A DNA stretch of 64,000 nucleotides from Bacillota bacterium (GTDB lineage Bacteria > Bacillota > Sulfobacillia > JAIMAT01). Below are positions 41,303 through 52,847 of this stretch, piece by piece. The DNA lies in NCBI GenBank assembly GCA_029960955.1, contig JASBVS010000002.1, positions 146,470 through 210,469 of the forward strand, in the 5' to 3' direction. Position 1 is the first letter of the stretch; each line of letters starts with the position of its first letter. The notes beneath the pieces are model-generated. The model was not told the DNA's origin, did no database searches, and was given only the letters and a program-made list of their open reading frames with translations. The position numbers and the translations under genes were made by a program.

Positions 41303-42268
41303 CTACTTCGGCCGGTAGAAGACCATGCCCCCGCTCGTCAGGGTGAGCGTGTAGCGGGCCGGGTTCTTCCAGGCGGCCGGCACGGAGGCGAGATCGGTGA
41401 AGTAGAGCGCGCCGCGGGTCGGGTCCTCGCCGCCCAGCGCGCGCTGCACCGCCTCGTGGACGGTGGGCATCAGCGGGTGGCGGAGGTAGCTGCCGCTGGC
41501 CACCACCGCGAACTGCCCCGGCGCCATGAGGACTTTCGTCAGGCTGTCTCCCCAGTAGCCGGAGTCGAGCCGGTTGAGGATGACCGCCGCCACGGCCACC
41601 TGGGTCTCCTCGGGCGCGCCGTAGGCCTCGGCGTTGACCACCTGCTCCAGCAGCTGGAGCTCCTTCGGGTCGAGGCGGGCGCGGGCCCTGGTGCCGGCCG
41701 CCGGCGCGGCCGCCGGCTGCGGGTCGGCGCTGCCGGCCGCGGCCACGCTTCCGCCGGGCTGGCCTGCCGCCCGGTCCGAGACCTCGACCGCCTGGGCGGC
41801 GGACCAGCGGACGACGGCGCGGCGCAGGCGAGCGTCCCAGCTCACCTCTCCCCCGAGGCCGCCGAAGAAGGCGGCCACCGGCACCAGGAGCTTGCTCGTC
41901 ATGCGCGGCGCGGCCGCGGGTATCCGGCGACCGTTGACGTCCAGGCCCTGCGCTCCCGCCCGCGCCGTCACCACCGCATCCTCCTGCGTCAGGAAGCCGC
42001 GGCCGGTGCGGCTGGCGGGGTCGAAGTAGTACCGGCCGGCGAACGCCTCGACCAACTCATCGAATGGCGCGTAGAGCACGCCGTCCACGATGCGCACTTC
42101 GCTGAGGTCGAGGGGCTCGCCGTTGACGGTCACCCCGGGTGGCGGCGGCCCCTGGCTCGCGGGGCTGGCGGCGGCGCCGGCCGTCGCCGGAACGCCCACC
42201 GTCAGCGCCAGGACCAGCGCCACCGTCGCCAGGCGAGGGGCGGCCGCGCCCTTCGCTCCTGCGGGCAA
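41303..42268 (-). CDS. cell-wall hydrolase SleB-like (Hydrolase_2) with N-terminal copper-amine-oxidase-like 'stalk' domain and signal peptide
   Basis: The C-terminus (AVAAVILNRLDSGYWGDSLTKV…GQFAVVASG…ALYFT) matches the spore cortex-lytic / CwlJ-SleB family. The N-terminus has the VNGEPLDL…DGVLYAPF pattern. Confidence 0.7.
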   Translation of the reverse strand: MPAGAKGAAAPRLATVALVLALTVGVPATAGAAASPASQGPPPPGVTVNGEPLDLSEVRIVDGVLYAPFDELVEAFAGRYYFDPASRTGRGFLTQEDAVVTARAGAQGLDVNGRRIPAAAPRMTSKLLVPVAAFFGGLGGEVSWDARLRRAVVRWSAAQAVEVSDRAAGQPGGSVAAAGSADPQPAAAPAAGTRARARLDPKELQLLEQVVNAEAYGAPEETQVAVAAVILNRLDSGYWGDSLTKVLMAPGQFAVVASGSYLRHPLMPTVHEAVQRALGGEDPTRGALYFTDLASVPAAWKNPARYTLTLTSGGMVFYRPK

Positions 42269-42396
42269 TCACATCCCTCCCTGGAAGAAGCATGCGCATA
42301 CAGGCTATCCATTCCGCTTCTTCCGGGATAATCCTTCCCCGGGCGGGAAGTCGCATGCGGGCCTGCCGCGTCGCGCGCTCCCCGGTTCTTCAAGAG

Positions 42397-42425
42397 TTGA
42401 GCGGTCCGGCGACCGCCGGTAGAAT
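42397..42425 (+). promoter_or_regulatory. candidate promoter TTGAGC-17-TAGAAT upstream of hisS
   Basis: Hexamers at 42397-42402 and 42420-42425, about 58 nt upstream of the hisS GTG. Confidence 0.4.
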
Positions 42426-42482
42426 GGCGGCGACATCCCCCGGCCCGCCCAGCGCGGGCTCGCGAAGAGGAGCCCAGCCATC

Positions 42483-43830
42483 GTGTCCATCCAGAAGCCG
42501 CGCGGCATGGAAGACGTGTTGCCCGGCGAGTCGTGGCGCTGGCAGCGCGTCGAGGCGGTCTTCCGCGACCTGGCCGAGCGTTACGGCTACCGGGAGATCC
42601 GCACCCCGCTGGTGGAGGCCACCGAGCTCTTCGAGCGCGGCGTGGGCGGCGGCACCGACGTGGTCGAGAAGGAGATGTACACCTTCCTCGATCCCGCCGG
42701 GCGCTCGCTGACGCTCCGCCCCGAGGGGACCGCCGGCGCGGTCCGCGCCTTCGTCGAGCACCACCTCGACCAGGAGCCGGGGCCGCTCAAGCTCTACTAC
42801 GTGGCCGCCCCCATGTTCCGCTACGAGCGGCCCCAGGCGGGCCGGCAGCGCCAGTTCTACCAGTTCGGCGTGGAGGTGCTCGGCGCGGCGGAGGCGGCGG
42901 TCGACGCGGAGGTGATCGGACTCGGCGTCCGCTTCCTCCGGGAGCTGGGGGTGGAGGGGGTGCGCGTCGAGCTGAACAGCATCGGCGACGAGAGCTGCCG
43001 CCCCCGCTACCGCGAGGCGCTGCTGGACTACTACCGCCCGCTCCGCGGGCAGCTCTGCGAGGACTGCCGGCGGCGGCTGGAACGGAACCCGCTGCGGCTC
43101 CTCGACTGCAAGGTGGACCGGGAGCTGGCCGCTGGCGCGCCGCCGGTCCGCGACGCGCTCTGCGCGGCGTGCGCCGCCCACTACGAGGAAGTGAGGCGCC
43201 TGCTGGGCGCCCTCGGCGTGGAGGTGGTGGAGAACCCCCGCCTGGTGCGGGGGCTCGACTACTACACGCGGACCGTCTTCGAGCTGGTCAGCGACCGGCT
43301 CGGCGCCCAGAACGCCGTCCTCTCGGGCGGCCGCTACGACCGCCTGGCGGAGCAGCTGGGCGGTCCGCCGACGCCGGGCATCGGCTTCGCCGGCGGGATG
43401 GAGAGGCTCCTGGCGCTGCTTCCCGGAGGGGCGCCGCGCGGGGCGGAGGAGGAGCGCCCCGACGTCTTCGTCGCCCTCGTCGAGCCCGGGCGCGTGGCCG
43501 AGGCGCTGGCCGCGGCCGAACGGCTGCGGGCAGCCGGCCTGCGCGCCGAGTGCGAGCTCTCCGGGCGCAGCCTGAGGGCGCAGATGCGCTACGCCTCCAA
43601 GCGCCGCTTCCGCCTTGCGCTCCTGGTGGGTGGCGAGGAGTGGGCGCGGGGCGAGGCGACGCTGCGCGACCTCGACGGCGGGCGGCAGGCGAGCCTGCCC
43701 CGGGGCCGGCTGGAGGAGGCGCTGGCGCGGCTCGAGGCGCGCCGCGCGCGCCCGCGGGCGGCGCCCGCGGGGGAGCTGCGAAGGCTGCTGGCGGCGGCGG
43801 ACGGCGAGCGAGGGGAGGGCGACGGAGACG

Positions 43831-43838
<8 letters not shown>
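42483..43838 (+). CDS. hisS: histidyl-tRNA synthetase
   Basis: Class-II aaRS motifs; FRYERPQAGRQRQFYQ; GTG start. Confidence 0.9.
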
Positions 43839-45615
<1,777 letters not shown>

Positions 45616-45828
45616 TAGGATCGGTCCGGAACGAGACGTTCGGATTCCCCGCCGCGGGCGGCGCCTCGATCCGACCGACCCAAACGACCGCACCAGGGAG
45701 TCCGGACTCCGGCGGTGGTGAGCGGCCTCCGCGGAGGCGCCCGATCCGCCGGGAGGGCACCCACTTGGAAGGAACGGATCCCGTTCGGACGGGGCGCAGG
45801 CAGTGGCGGGGTGACGCATGTGGAGAGG

Positions 45829-45863
45829 CGCGGGCGAGCGGCGGCGGCCCGCGCACTTTTCTT
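45829..45863 (+). terminator. intrinsic-terminator-like hairpin + U-tract immediately upstream of ltaE (possible attenuator/riboswitch expression platform, or a distal aspS terminator)
   Basis: GCGCGGGC-(10-nt loop)-GCCCGCGC followed by ACTTTTCTT, ending 9 nt before the ltaE ATG. This T-run is exceptional in this GC-rich DNA. Confidence 0.5.
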
Positions 45864-45871
45864 CCGGGGGG

Positions 45872-46918
45872 ATGGGCTTGCTCGACGGGCTGGTCGACCT
45901 GCGCAGCGACACGGTCACGCGGCCTTCGCCGGAGATGCGGCGCGCGATGGCGGAGGCCGAGGTGGGCGACGACGTCTACGGCGAGGATCCCACCGTCCGG
46001 GCGCTGGAGGAGACGGGGGCGGCCCTGGTCGGCCAGGAGGCGGCGCTCTTCGTGCCCAGCGGCACCATGGGCAACCAGGTGGCCGTCCTGACGCACACGC
46101 AGCGGGGCGACGAGGTCTTCTGCGAGGCGGAGTCGCACATCTACTACTACGAGGTGGGCGACATCGCCGCCCTGGCGGGCGCCCAGCCCCGCCCGATCCC
46201 GGGCTCGCGCGGCCGCTTCACCGCCGCCGACCTGCGCCGGGCGGTGCGCGAGCCGAACATCCACTTCCCGCGGCCGCGCCTGGTCTGCCTGGAGAACACG
46301 CACAACCGGGCGGGCGGCACCGTCTGGCGCCCGGAGGAAGTGGACGCCGTGGTCGCCGCCGCGCACGAGCTGGGGCTCGTCGTCCACCTCGACGGCGCGC
46401 GCCTCTTCAACGCGGCGGTGGCGCTGGGCGTGCCGGCCGAGCGCCTGGCGCGCGGCGTCGACAGCGTCATGTTCTGCCTCTCCAAGGGGCTGGGCGCGCC
46501 CGTCGGCTCGCTCCTCTGCGGCCCGGCGGACTGGATCGAGCGGGCGCGGAAGGAGCGCAAGCGGCTGGGCGGCGGCATGCGCCAGGCGGGCATCCTGGCG
46601 GCGGCCGGCCTCTACGCCCTCCGGCACAACGTCGAGCGGCTGGCCGAGGACCACGCCAACGCGCGCTGGCTCGCCGGGCAGCTCGCCCGGATCGAGGGGC
46701 TGCGGGTCGACCCCGGCTCGGTGGAGACGAACATGGTGCTGGTGGGCGTGCCGGGCCCCGCGGCCGCCTTCTCCCAGGCGCTGAAGGAGCGGGGCGTGCT
46801 GGCCAACCCCAGCGGGCCGGAGACGCTACGCCTGGTCACCCATCTCGACGTCGACCGGGCGGGCTGCGAGCGGGCGGTGGAGGCCTTCCGGAGCGTGACC
46901 CGCGAGCTGGCGGCCTGA
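45872..46918 (+). CDS. ltaE: low-specificity L-threonine aldolase
   Basis: [19 protein letters not shown]…GTMGNQ…; PLP-lyase family. ATG 45872 chosen; the track start 45818 would run through the hairpin. Confidence 0.8.
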   Translation: MGLLDGLVDLRSDTVTRPSPEMRRAMAEAEVGDDVYGEDPTVRALEETGAALVGQEAALFVPSGTMGNQVAVLTHTQRGDEVFCEAESHIYYYEVGDIAALAGAQPRPIPGSRGRFTAADLRRAVREPNIHFPRPRLVCLENTHNRAGGTVWRPEEVDAVVAAAHELGLVVHLDGARLFNAAVALGVPAERLARGVDSVMFCLSKGLGAPVGSLLCGPADWIERARKERKRLGGGMRQAGILAAAGLYALRHNVERLAEDHANARWLAGQLARIEGLRVDPGSVETNMVLVGVPGPAAAFSQALKERGVLANPSGPETLRLVTHLDVDRAGCERAVEAFRSVTRELAA

Positions 46919-47000
46919 GCCGCGTCGGCGGGAGGCGGAGAGGGTCGCGGTCGCGCGGAGGCGCGAGACGAGGCGACGGACGAGGAAGGAGGCCCCAGCG

Positions 47001-48344
47001 ATGGCGGCAGGGATCGAACTGAGGACCGAGATACCGGGACCGCGCTCCCGCGAGATCCTGGCGCGCCAGGCCCGGGCGGTGCCGCGCGCCATGTCGGTGC
47101 TGCACCCGGTGGTCATCGAGCGCGCGCGGGGAGCGCTGGTCGAGGACGTCGACGGCAACGTCTTCCTCGACCTGACCGGCGGGGTGGGCGTCCTCAACGT
47201 GGGCCACGCGCGCCCCGAGGTGGTGGAGGCGATCCGCGAGCAGGCCGGGCGCTTCCTCCACACCGACTACACGGTCGTCCCCTACGAGCTCTACATCACG
47301 CTGGCGGAGCAGCTGGGCCGGCGGGTCCCCGTGGAGCCGCCGGTCAAGGTCGCCTTCTTCAACAGCGGCGCCGAGGCGGTGGAGAACGCGGTCAAGATCG
47401 CCAAGCGGGCGACCGGCCGGCACGAGCTGATCGCCTTCGAGGGCGCCTTCCACGGCCGGACGCTGGGCGCCCTGGCGCTCACCTCGAAGCCGCGCCCCTA
47501 CCGGCACGGCATGGGGCCCTTCCCGCCGGGCGTGCACCGGCTTCCCTACGCCTACTGCTACCGCTGCCCGCTGGGGCTGGAGCACCCCGGCTGCGGGCTC
47601 GCCTGCGCCGAGGCGCTGGAGCGCGGCTTCCACAGCCGATACTCCGAGGACGAGGTGGCGGCCGTCGTCGTCGAGCCGGTGCAGGGCGAGGGCGGCTTCG
47701 TCGTCCCGCCGGCGGAGTTCCTGCAGCGCGTGGCCGAGATCGCGCGGGAGCACGGCGTCCTCCTGGTCGTCGACGAGGTGCAGACCGGCTTCGGGCGCAC
47801 CGGCGCCCTCTTCGCCAGCGAACGCATGGGCATCCGGCCCGACCTGATGACCGTCGCCAAGTCGATCGCCGGCGGCCTGCCGCTCAGCGGCGTCGCGGGC
47901 CGCGCCGAGCTGATGGACGCGCCGGAGGACGGGGAGATCGGCGGCACCTACGTGGGCAACCCGGTGGCGCTGGCGGCCGCCCTCCAGGTGCTCGAGGTGA
48001 TGGAGAGGGAGGGGCTGCCGGAGCGCGCGGAGGCGATCGGCGCCCGGCTGGGCGGGGGGCTTGCGGCGCTGGCGGAGCGGCACCGGCTGATCGGCGACGT
48101 CCGCCGGCTGGGCGCCATGGTCGGCCTGGAGCTGGTCCGCGACCGGGCGAGCAAGGAGCCCGCCGACCGGGAGGCGCGCGCGGTGGTGGCGGCGATGCGG
48201 AGGCGCGGCGTCCTGGCGCTGACGGCGGGGATCTACGGGAACGTGATCCGCTTCCTGAACCCGCTGGTCGTCACCGACGAGCAGGTGGAGGCGGCGCTGG
48301 AGGTGCTCGACGAGGCGCTGGGCGAGGTGGAGGCGGGCACGTGA
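47001..48344 (+). CDS. class-III PLP-dependent aminotransferase (4-aminobutyrate aminotransferase-like)
   Basis: DEVQTGFGRTG…TVAKSIAGGLP lysine motif; 447 aa. Confidence 0.8.
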   Translation: MAAGIELRTEIPGPRSREILARQARAVPRAMSVLHPVVIERARGALVEDVDGNVFLDLTGGVGVLNVGHARPEVVEAIREQAGRFLHTDYTVVPYELYITLAEQLGRRVPVEPPVKVAFFNSGAEAVENAVKIAKRATGRHELIAFEGAFHGRTLGALALTSKPRPYRHGMGPFPPGVHRLPYAYCYRCPLGLEHPGCGLACAEALERGFHSRYSEDEVAAVVVEPVQGEGGFVVPPAEFLQRVAEIAREHGVLLVVDEVQTGFGRTGALFASERMGIRPDLMTVAKSIAGGLPLSGVAGRAELMDAPEDGEIGGTYVGNPVALAAALQVLEVMEREGLPERAEAIGARLGGGLAALAERHRLIGDVRRLGAMVGLELVRDRASKEPADREARAVVAAMRRRGVLALTAGIYGNVIRFLNPLVVTDEQVEAALEVLDEALGEVEAGT

Positions 48345-48390
48345 CCCGCGCGGGCCGGCGCCGGGCCCCGGAGGAGGCGGAGAGCCGCAG

Positions 48391-49794
48391 GTGAGCCTCT
48401 TCGACCAGGCGGGGGAGGCCTTCCGGGCGGCCAACGCGCCGCTGGCCGACCGGATGCGCCCGCGAAGCCTCGAGGAGTTCGTCGGCCAGGAGGCGGTGAT
48501 CGGCCCCGGCCGTCTCCTCCGCCGTGCCATCGAGGCCGGGCGGGTGCCCAGCCTCCTCCTCTGGGGCCCTCCGGGCAGCGGCAAGACGACGCTGGCCCGG
48601 CTGATCGCCCGCTCCACCGGCGCCGCCTTCGTCCAGCTGAGCGCGGTCAGCGCCGGCGTGGCCGACCTCCGCCGCGTCGTCGCCGAGGCGCAGGAGCGGC
48701 AGCGCCTCGAGCAGCGGAAGACGATCCTCTTCGTCGACGAGATCCACCGCTTCAACAAGGCGCAGCAGGACGCCGTCCTCCCCTACGTGGAGGACGGGAC
48801 GCTCACCCTGATCGGGGCGACGACGGAGAACCCCTACTTCGAGGTGATCGCCCCGCTCCTCTCGCGGCTGCGGCTCTTCCGCCTCGAGCCCCTGGGCGAG
48901 GCGGAGCTGCGCACGATCCTCGAGCGCGCTCTGGCCGACCGCGAGCGGGGCCTGGGGCAGGTCCCGGCCGCCGTCGACGAGGCGGCGCTGGCGCACCTGG
49001 TCCGCATGGCGGCCGGCGACGCCCGCACGGCGCTCAACGCGCTGGAGCTGGCCGTGCTCAGCACGGAGCCGGGGCCGGACGGCGTCCGGCACGTGACGCT
49101 GGAGGCGGCGGAGGAGTCGATCCAGAGGAAGGCGCTCCGCTACGACCGGCTGGGCGACGAGCACTACGACACCGCCAGCGCCTTCATCAAGAGCATGCGC
49201 GGCTCCGATCCCGACGCCGCGCTCTACTGGATGGCCAGGATGATCGAGGCGGGCGAGGATCCGCGCTTCATCGCGCGACGCCTGGTCATCCACGCCGCCG
49301 AGGACGTGGGCCTGGCCGACCCGCTGGCGCTGGTGGTGGCGGCCGCCGCCTTCCAGGCGGCCGAGCTGGTCGGCTGGCCGGAGGGGCGGATCCCGCTGGC
49401 GGAGGCGGTCCTCTACGTGGCCACGGCGCCCAAGTCGAACAGCGTGGTCCGCGCCGTCGACGCGGCCCAGCGCGCGGTGCGCGAGCAGCCGGCCGGCGGC
49501 GTGCCGCTCCACCTCCGCTCCGCCGAATACCCCGGCGCCGCCCGCCTCGGCCACGGCGCCGGCTACCGCTATCCGCACGACGACCCGCGCGGCTTCGTCG
49601 AGCAGCGCTACCTGCCCGAGGGCGTGGAGGGCGGCTTCTACCGCCCGGGGCCGCGGGGGTACGAGCGCGAGGTGGCGCGCCGGCTGGCCGGCTGGTGGCC
49701 GGGGCGCTGGCCGTCGCGCGCGGAGGAGGAGGGGCGGGGCGCGGAGAGCCCGGAGGCGACGGAGGGGGAGGGGTCGGAGCCGCCTCCTTCCTGA
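48391..49794 (+). CDS. rarA: replication-associated recombination protein A (AAA+)
   Basis: LWGPPGSGKTTLA, FVDEIHRFNK, MgsA C-terminal domain. Confidence 0.88.
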   Translation: MSLFDQAGEAFRAANAPLADRMRPRSLEEFVGQEAVIGPGRLLRRAIEAGRVPSLLLWGPPGSGKTTLARLIARSTGAAFVQLSAVSAGVADLRRVVAEAQERQRLEQRKTILFVDEIHRFNKAQQDAVLPYVEDGTLTLIGATTENPYFEVIAPLLSRLRLFRLEPLGEAELRTILERALADRERGLGQVPAAVDEAALAHLVRMAAGDARTALNALELAVLSTEPGPDGVRHVTLEAAEESIQRKALRYDRLGDEHYDTASAFIKSMRGSDPDAALYWMARMIEAGEDPRFIARRLVIHAAEDVGLADPLALVVAAAAFQAAELVGWPEGRIPLAEAVLYVATAPKSNSVVRAVDAAQRAVREQPAGGVPLHLRSAEYPGAARLGHGAGYRYPHDDPRGFVEQRYLPEGVEGGFYRPGPRGYEREVARRLAGWWPGRWPSRAEEEGRGAESPEATEGEGSEPPPS

Positions 49795-49878
49795 AGCCTT
49801 CGAAGGCAGAAGAGGCAGAAACGTTATAAGGAAGCGCGCCGGCGGCGCCCGCCGGCGGATGGCCCGCCGCCCCCTCCG

Positions 49879-49907
49879 TTGACCCGCCGCGGGGCCGATG
49901 CTACCAT
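49879..49907 (+). promoter_or_regulatory. candidate promoter TTGACC-17-TACCAT for rrf2-cysteine desulfurase-mnmA
   Basis: Hexamers at 49879-49884 and 49902-49907. Confidence 0.4.
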
Positions 49908-49915
49908 GACCGTGG

Positions 49916-49939
49916 ATAGCCGAGCGGATTGCTCGGAAT
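49916..49939 (+). promoter_or_regulatory. candidate Rrf2/IscR type-1-like operator (ATAGCCGAGCGGATTGCTCGGAAT)
   Basis: Imperfect inverted repeat CCGAGC-ggatt-GCTCGG flanked by ATAG…AAT, 9 nt downstream of the putative -10. It resembles the E. coli iscR site ATAGTTGACCAATTTACTCGGGAAT. Confidence 0.4.
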
Positions 49940-50015
49940 TGCAGCAGAGTCGGCGTCCCGGCAAGGACTCGCCCGGCACCTGCGGTTGCGGACGGTCGGC
50001 GGGGGAGGCTGGAGC

Positions 50016-50468
50016 TTGAACATCTCGACGCGAGGTCGCTACGGCCTGATGGCGATGACCGAGCTGGCCATGCGGTACGGGCAGGGGCCGGTGCCGCTCA
50101 AGACCATCGCCGAAAGCCAGGGGCTGAGCGACAGCTACCTGGAGCAGCTCTTCGCGGCGCTGCGCAAGGCGTCGCTCGTGCGGAGCGTGCGCGGGGCCCA
50201 GGGAGGATACGAGCTGGGCAAGCCGCCCGAGGCGATCAGCGTGGGCGACGTGCTCCGCGTCCTGGAAGGGCCGCTGGCGCCGGCGGAGTGCGCCATCGAG
50301 GGGAAGGACGACTTCACGCACTGCGGCAACCCGGACCGCTGCATGGCCCGGAGCGTCTGGGTCCGGCTGCGCGAGAGCATCGAGAAGGTGGTCGACTCGA
50401 TCAACCTCGCCAGCCTCTGCGAGGAGGCGCGCAACCAGAGCGGGCAGGGCCTCATGTATTACATCTAG
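50016..50468 (+). CDS. Rrf2-family transcriptional regulator (IscR/CymR-like, with Cys-x10-Cys-x5-Cys cluster ligands)
   Basis: TTG 50016 has a GGGGGAGG SD 7 nt upstream and gives LNISTRGRYGLMAMTELA, matching Rrf2 N-termini (MKLSTKGRY…). wHTH plus ECAIEGKDDFTHCGNPDRC. The track start 49929 is too early. Confidence 0.8.
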   Translation: MNISTRGRYGLMAMTELAMRYGQGPVPLKTIAESQGLSDSYLEQLFAALRKASLVRSVRGAQGGYELGKPPEAISVGDVLRVLEGPLAPAECAIEGKDDFTHCGNPDRCMARSVWVRLRESIEKVVDSINLASLCEEARNQSGQGLMYYI

Positions 50469-50497
50469 GCCGGGCGGGACGGCTGGCGGGTGAAGGC

Positions 50498-51667
50498 GTG
50501 ATCTACCTGGACTGGGCGGCCACCACGCCGATCCGGGAGGAGGTCCTGGAGGCGATGGTGGCCTTCGAGCGGGAGGCGTGGGCCAACCCGTCGAGCACCC
50601 ACGCGGCCGGCCGCCAGGCCCGGAGCCGCCTGGAGGCGGCGCGGCGGGCGGTGCGCCGCTGGCTGGGGGCGGAGACGGGACGGATCGTCTTCACCTCGGG
50701 CGGCACCGAGGCCGACAACCTGGCGGTCTTCGGGCTGGCCGCGGCCGCCGAGGCGAGGGGGAGGCCGCGGCGGGCGGTGACCAGTGCCATCGAGCACCGC
50801 GCGGTCCTGGACGCCTTCCGCGAGCTGGAGCGGCGCGGCTGGGAGGTGACCTACCTGCCCGGCGACGGCCGAGGCCTGGTCCCGCCGGAGTCGCTGGAGG
50901 CGGCGCTGGAGGCGGAGCCCGGGCCCGCCTTCCTCAGCCTGATGTGGGCGAACAACGAGACGGGCGCCCTCCAGCCCGTGGTCGAGGCCGCCCGGCTGGC
51001 GCACCGGCGGGGCATCCCCGTCCACAGCGACGCGGTCCAGGCGGCACCGCTCCTGGAGCTGGGGCTGGACGCGCTGGGGCCGGACGGCCCGGACCTGGTG
51101 GCCGTCTCCGCGCACAAGCTGGGCGGGCCCAAGGGCGTCGGCGCGCTCTGGATCCGGGACGGGCTGGAGCTTTCCCCGCTCCTCTTCGGCGGCGGCCAGG
51201 AAGCGGAGCTCCGCCCGGGGACGGAGAACGCGGCCGGCATCGTCGGCTTCGGGCGGGCGGCGGAGCTGGCGGCGCGCGAGGCGGGGGCGGAGTGGGAGCG
51301 GCTGCGGCGGGTCGCCGGCCGCTTCCTGGGGGAGGTCCGGCGGCGGCTCCCGGACGCGGTGCTCAACGGGCCCGAGGAAGTCGGGCGGCGGGCGGGGGCG
51401 AGGCTTCCCTCCATCGTCAACCTGGGCTTCCCGGGGGTGCGCGCGGAGAGCCTCCTGATCCGCCTCGACCTGGCCGGGGTGGAGGCCTCGGCGGGGGCGG
51501 CCTGCTCGGCGGGGAGCCTGGAGCCGTCGCACGTGATCGCCGCCATGGGGAGGCCGGAGCTGGCCGGCGCCTCGCTCCGCTTCTCCTTCGGGCGGCTGAG
51601 CGACGAGGAGGAGGCGGCGGAGGCGGCCGCCATCGTGGCGCGCGAGGCGGGGGCGCTGAGGAGGTGA
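50498..51667 (+). CDS. cysteine desulfurase (NifS/IscS family)
   Basis: VIYLDWAATTP…; PLP-lysine SAHKLGGPKGVGAL; active-site loop GAACSAGS. GTG 50498 lies within the long track frame 50288..51667. Confidence 0.88.
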   Translation: MIYLDWAATTPIREEVLEAMVAFEREAWANPSSTHAAGRQARSRLEAARRAVRRWLGAETGRIVFTSGGTEADNLAVFGLAAAAEARGRPRRAVTSAIEHRAVLDAFRELERRGWEVTYLPGDGRGLVPPESLEAALEAEPGPAFLSLMWANNETGALQPVVEAARLAHRRGIPVHSDAVQAAPLLELGLDALGPDGPDLVAVSAHKLGGPKGVGALWIRDGLELSPLLFGGGQEAELRPGTENAAGIVGFGRAAELAAREAGAEWERLRRVAGRFLGEVRRRLPDAVLNGPEEVGRRAGARLPSIVNLGFPGVRAESLLIRLDLAGVEASAGAACSAGSLEPSHVIAAMGRPELAGASLRFSFGRLSDEEEAAEAAAIVAREAGALRR

Positions 51668-51681
51668 GCGGGGTGGCCGGC

Positions 51682-52776
51682 ATGCGCGTGGTGGCCGCCA
51701 TGAGCGGCGGCGTGGACAGCTCGGTGGCGGCGGCCTTGCTGGTGGAGCAGGGGTACGAGGTGATCGGCGTCACCCTGCAGATCTGGCAGGCGCGCGACCC
51801 GGGCGCGCAGGCGCGCCTGGGGGGGTGCTGCTCGCTGGGGGCGGTCTCGGACGCTCGCCGGGTGGCCGAGCTCCTGGGCATCCCCTACTACGTCCTCAAC
51901 CTCCAGGAAGCCTTCCGGCGCTCGGTCATCGACGACTTCGTGCGCGAGTACGCGCGCGGCCGGACGCCCAACCCCTGCATCGTCTGCAACCGCGAGATCA
52001 AGTTCGCGGCGCTGCTGGAGCGCGCCCGCGAGCTGGGCGCCGACTACGTGGCCAGCGGCCACTACGCGCGCGTCGACTGGGAGCCGGAGCGCGGCCGCTG
52101 GCGCCTGCGCCGCGGGCGCGACGCGCGCAAGGACCAGAGCTACGTCCTCTACCCGCTGGAGCAGGAGCAGCTGGCGCACGTCCTCTTCCCCCTGGGCGGG
52201 ATGGAGAAGGCGGAGACGCGCCGCCTGGCCGCCGAGCTCGGCCTGCCGGTGGCCTCGAAGCCCGAGAGCCAGGAGATCTGCTTCGTCCGCGACGGCGACT
52301 ACGCCCGCTTCCTGGAGGAAGAGATCCCCGACCGCTTCGTCCCCGGCCCCATCGTCGACCGGCAGGGCCGCGTGCTCGGGAGGCACCGCGGCCTGCCGCG
52401 CTACACGGTCGGGCAGCGGCGCGGGCTGGGCCTCGCCGCGCCCGAGCCGCTCTACGTCCTCGAGGTGGACGCCGGGGCCAACCGCCTGGTGGTGGGGACG
52501 GCGAGCGAGGCCGGACGCCGCCGCTTCGAGGTGGAGCCCGTCACCTGGGTCTCCGAGGCGCCGCCGGCGGACGACGGCTGGCGCGAGGCGACGGTCCAGA
52601 TCCGGGCGCACTCGCCGGTCCGGGCGGTCCGCTACCGCCTGGCCGGGGGCGACCCGGGGCGGCTCGAGCTGGAGCTCCTCGAGCCGCTGCGGGCGGTGAC
52701 GCCCGGGCAGTCGGCCGTCCTCTACCGGGGCGACGAGGTGGTGGCCGGCGGCCCCATCCTCCGCGTGCGGGAGTAG
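51682..52776 (+). CDS. mnmA: tRNA-specific 2-thiouridylase
   Basis: MRVVAAMSGGVDSSVAA PP-loop; CxxC…C; 364 aa. Confidence 0.9.
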   Translation: MRVVAAMSGGVDSSVAAALLVEQGYEVIGVTLQIWQARDPGAQARLGGCCSLGAVSDARRVAELLGIPYYVLNLQEAFRRSVIDDFVREYARGRTPNPCIVCNREIKFAALLERARELGADYVASGHYARVDWEPERGRWRLRRGRDARKDQSYVLYPLEQEQLAHVLFPLGGMEKAETRRLAAELGLPVASKPESQEICFVRDGDYARFLEEEIPDRFVPGPIVDRQGRVLGRHRGLPRYTVGQRRGLGLAAPEPLYVLEVDAGANRLVVGTASEAGRRRFEVEPVTWVSEAPPADDGWREATVQIRAHSPVRAVRYRLAGGDPGRLELELLEPLRAVTPGQSAVLYRGDEVVAGGPILRVRE

Positions 52777-52847
52777 GGGCGAATAAGGCCGCGCCTGCCG
52801 GCGAAGACTCTTGCAGGTCGGCCTTCGCGGAGCTCGGGAGGTGGAGG

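Noticed and set aside
42269-42482. Possible T-box leader upstream of hisS, and likewise upstream of alaS (54631..54757)
   Set aside because: The leaders are only about 210 and 125 nt. I could find no specifier-loop/T-box (AGGGTGGNACCGCG-like) sequence and no terminator/antiterminator pair; only promoter-like hexamers.
45616-45871. Glycine riboswitch upstream of ltaE
   Set aside because: I looked for the GGAGAG…ACCGAAGGGGCAA-type aptamer cores and could not find them by eye. I kept only the structural observation (the terminator-like hairpin) as a finding.
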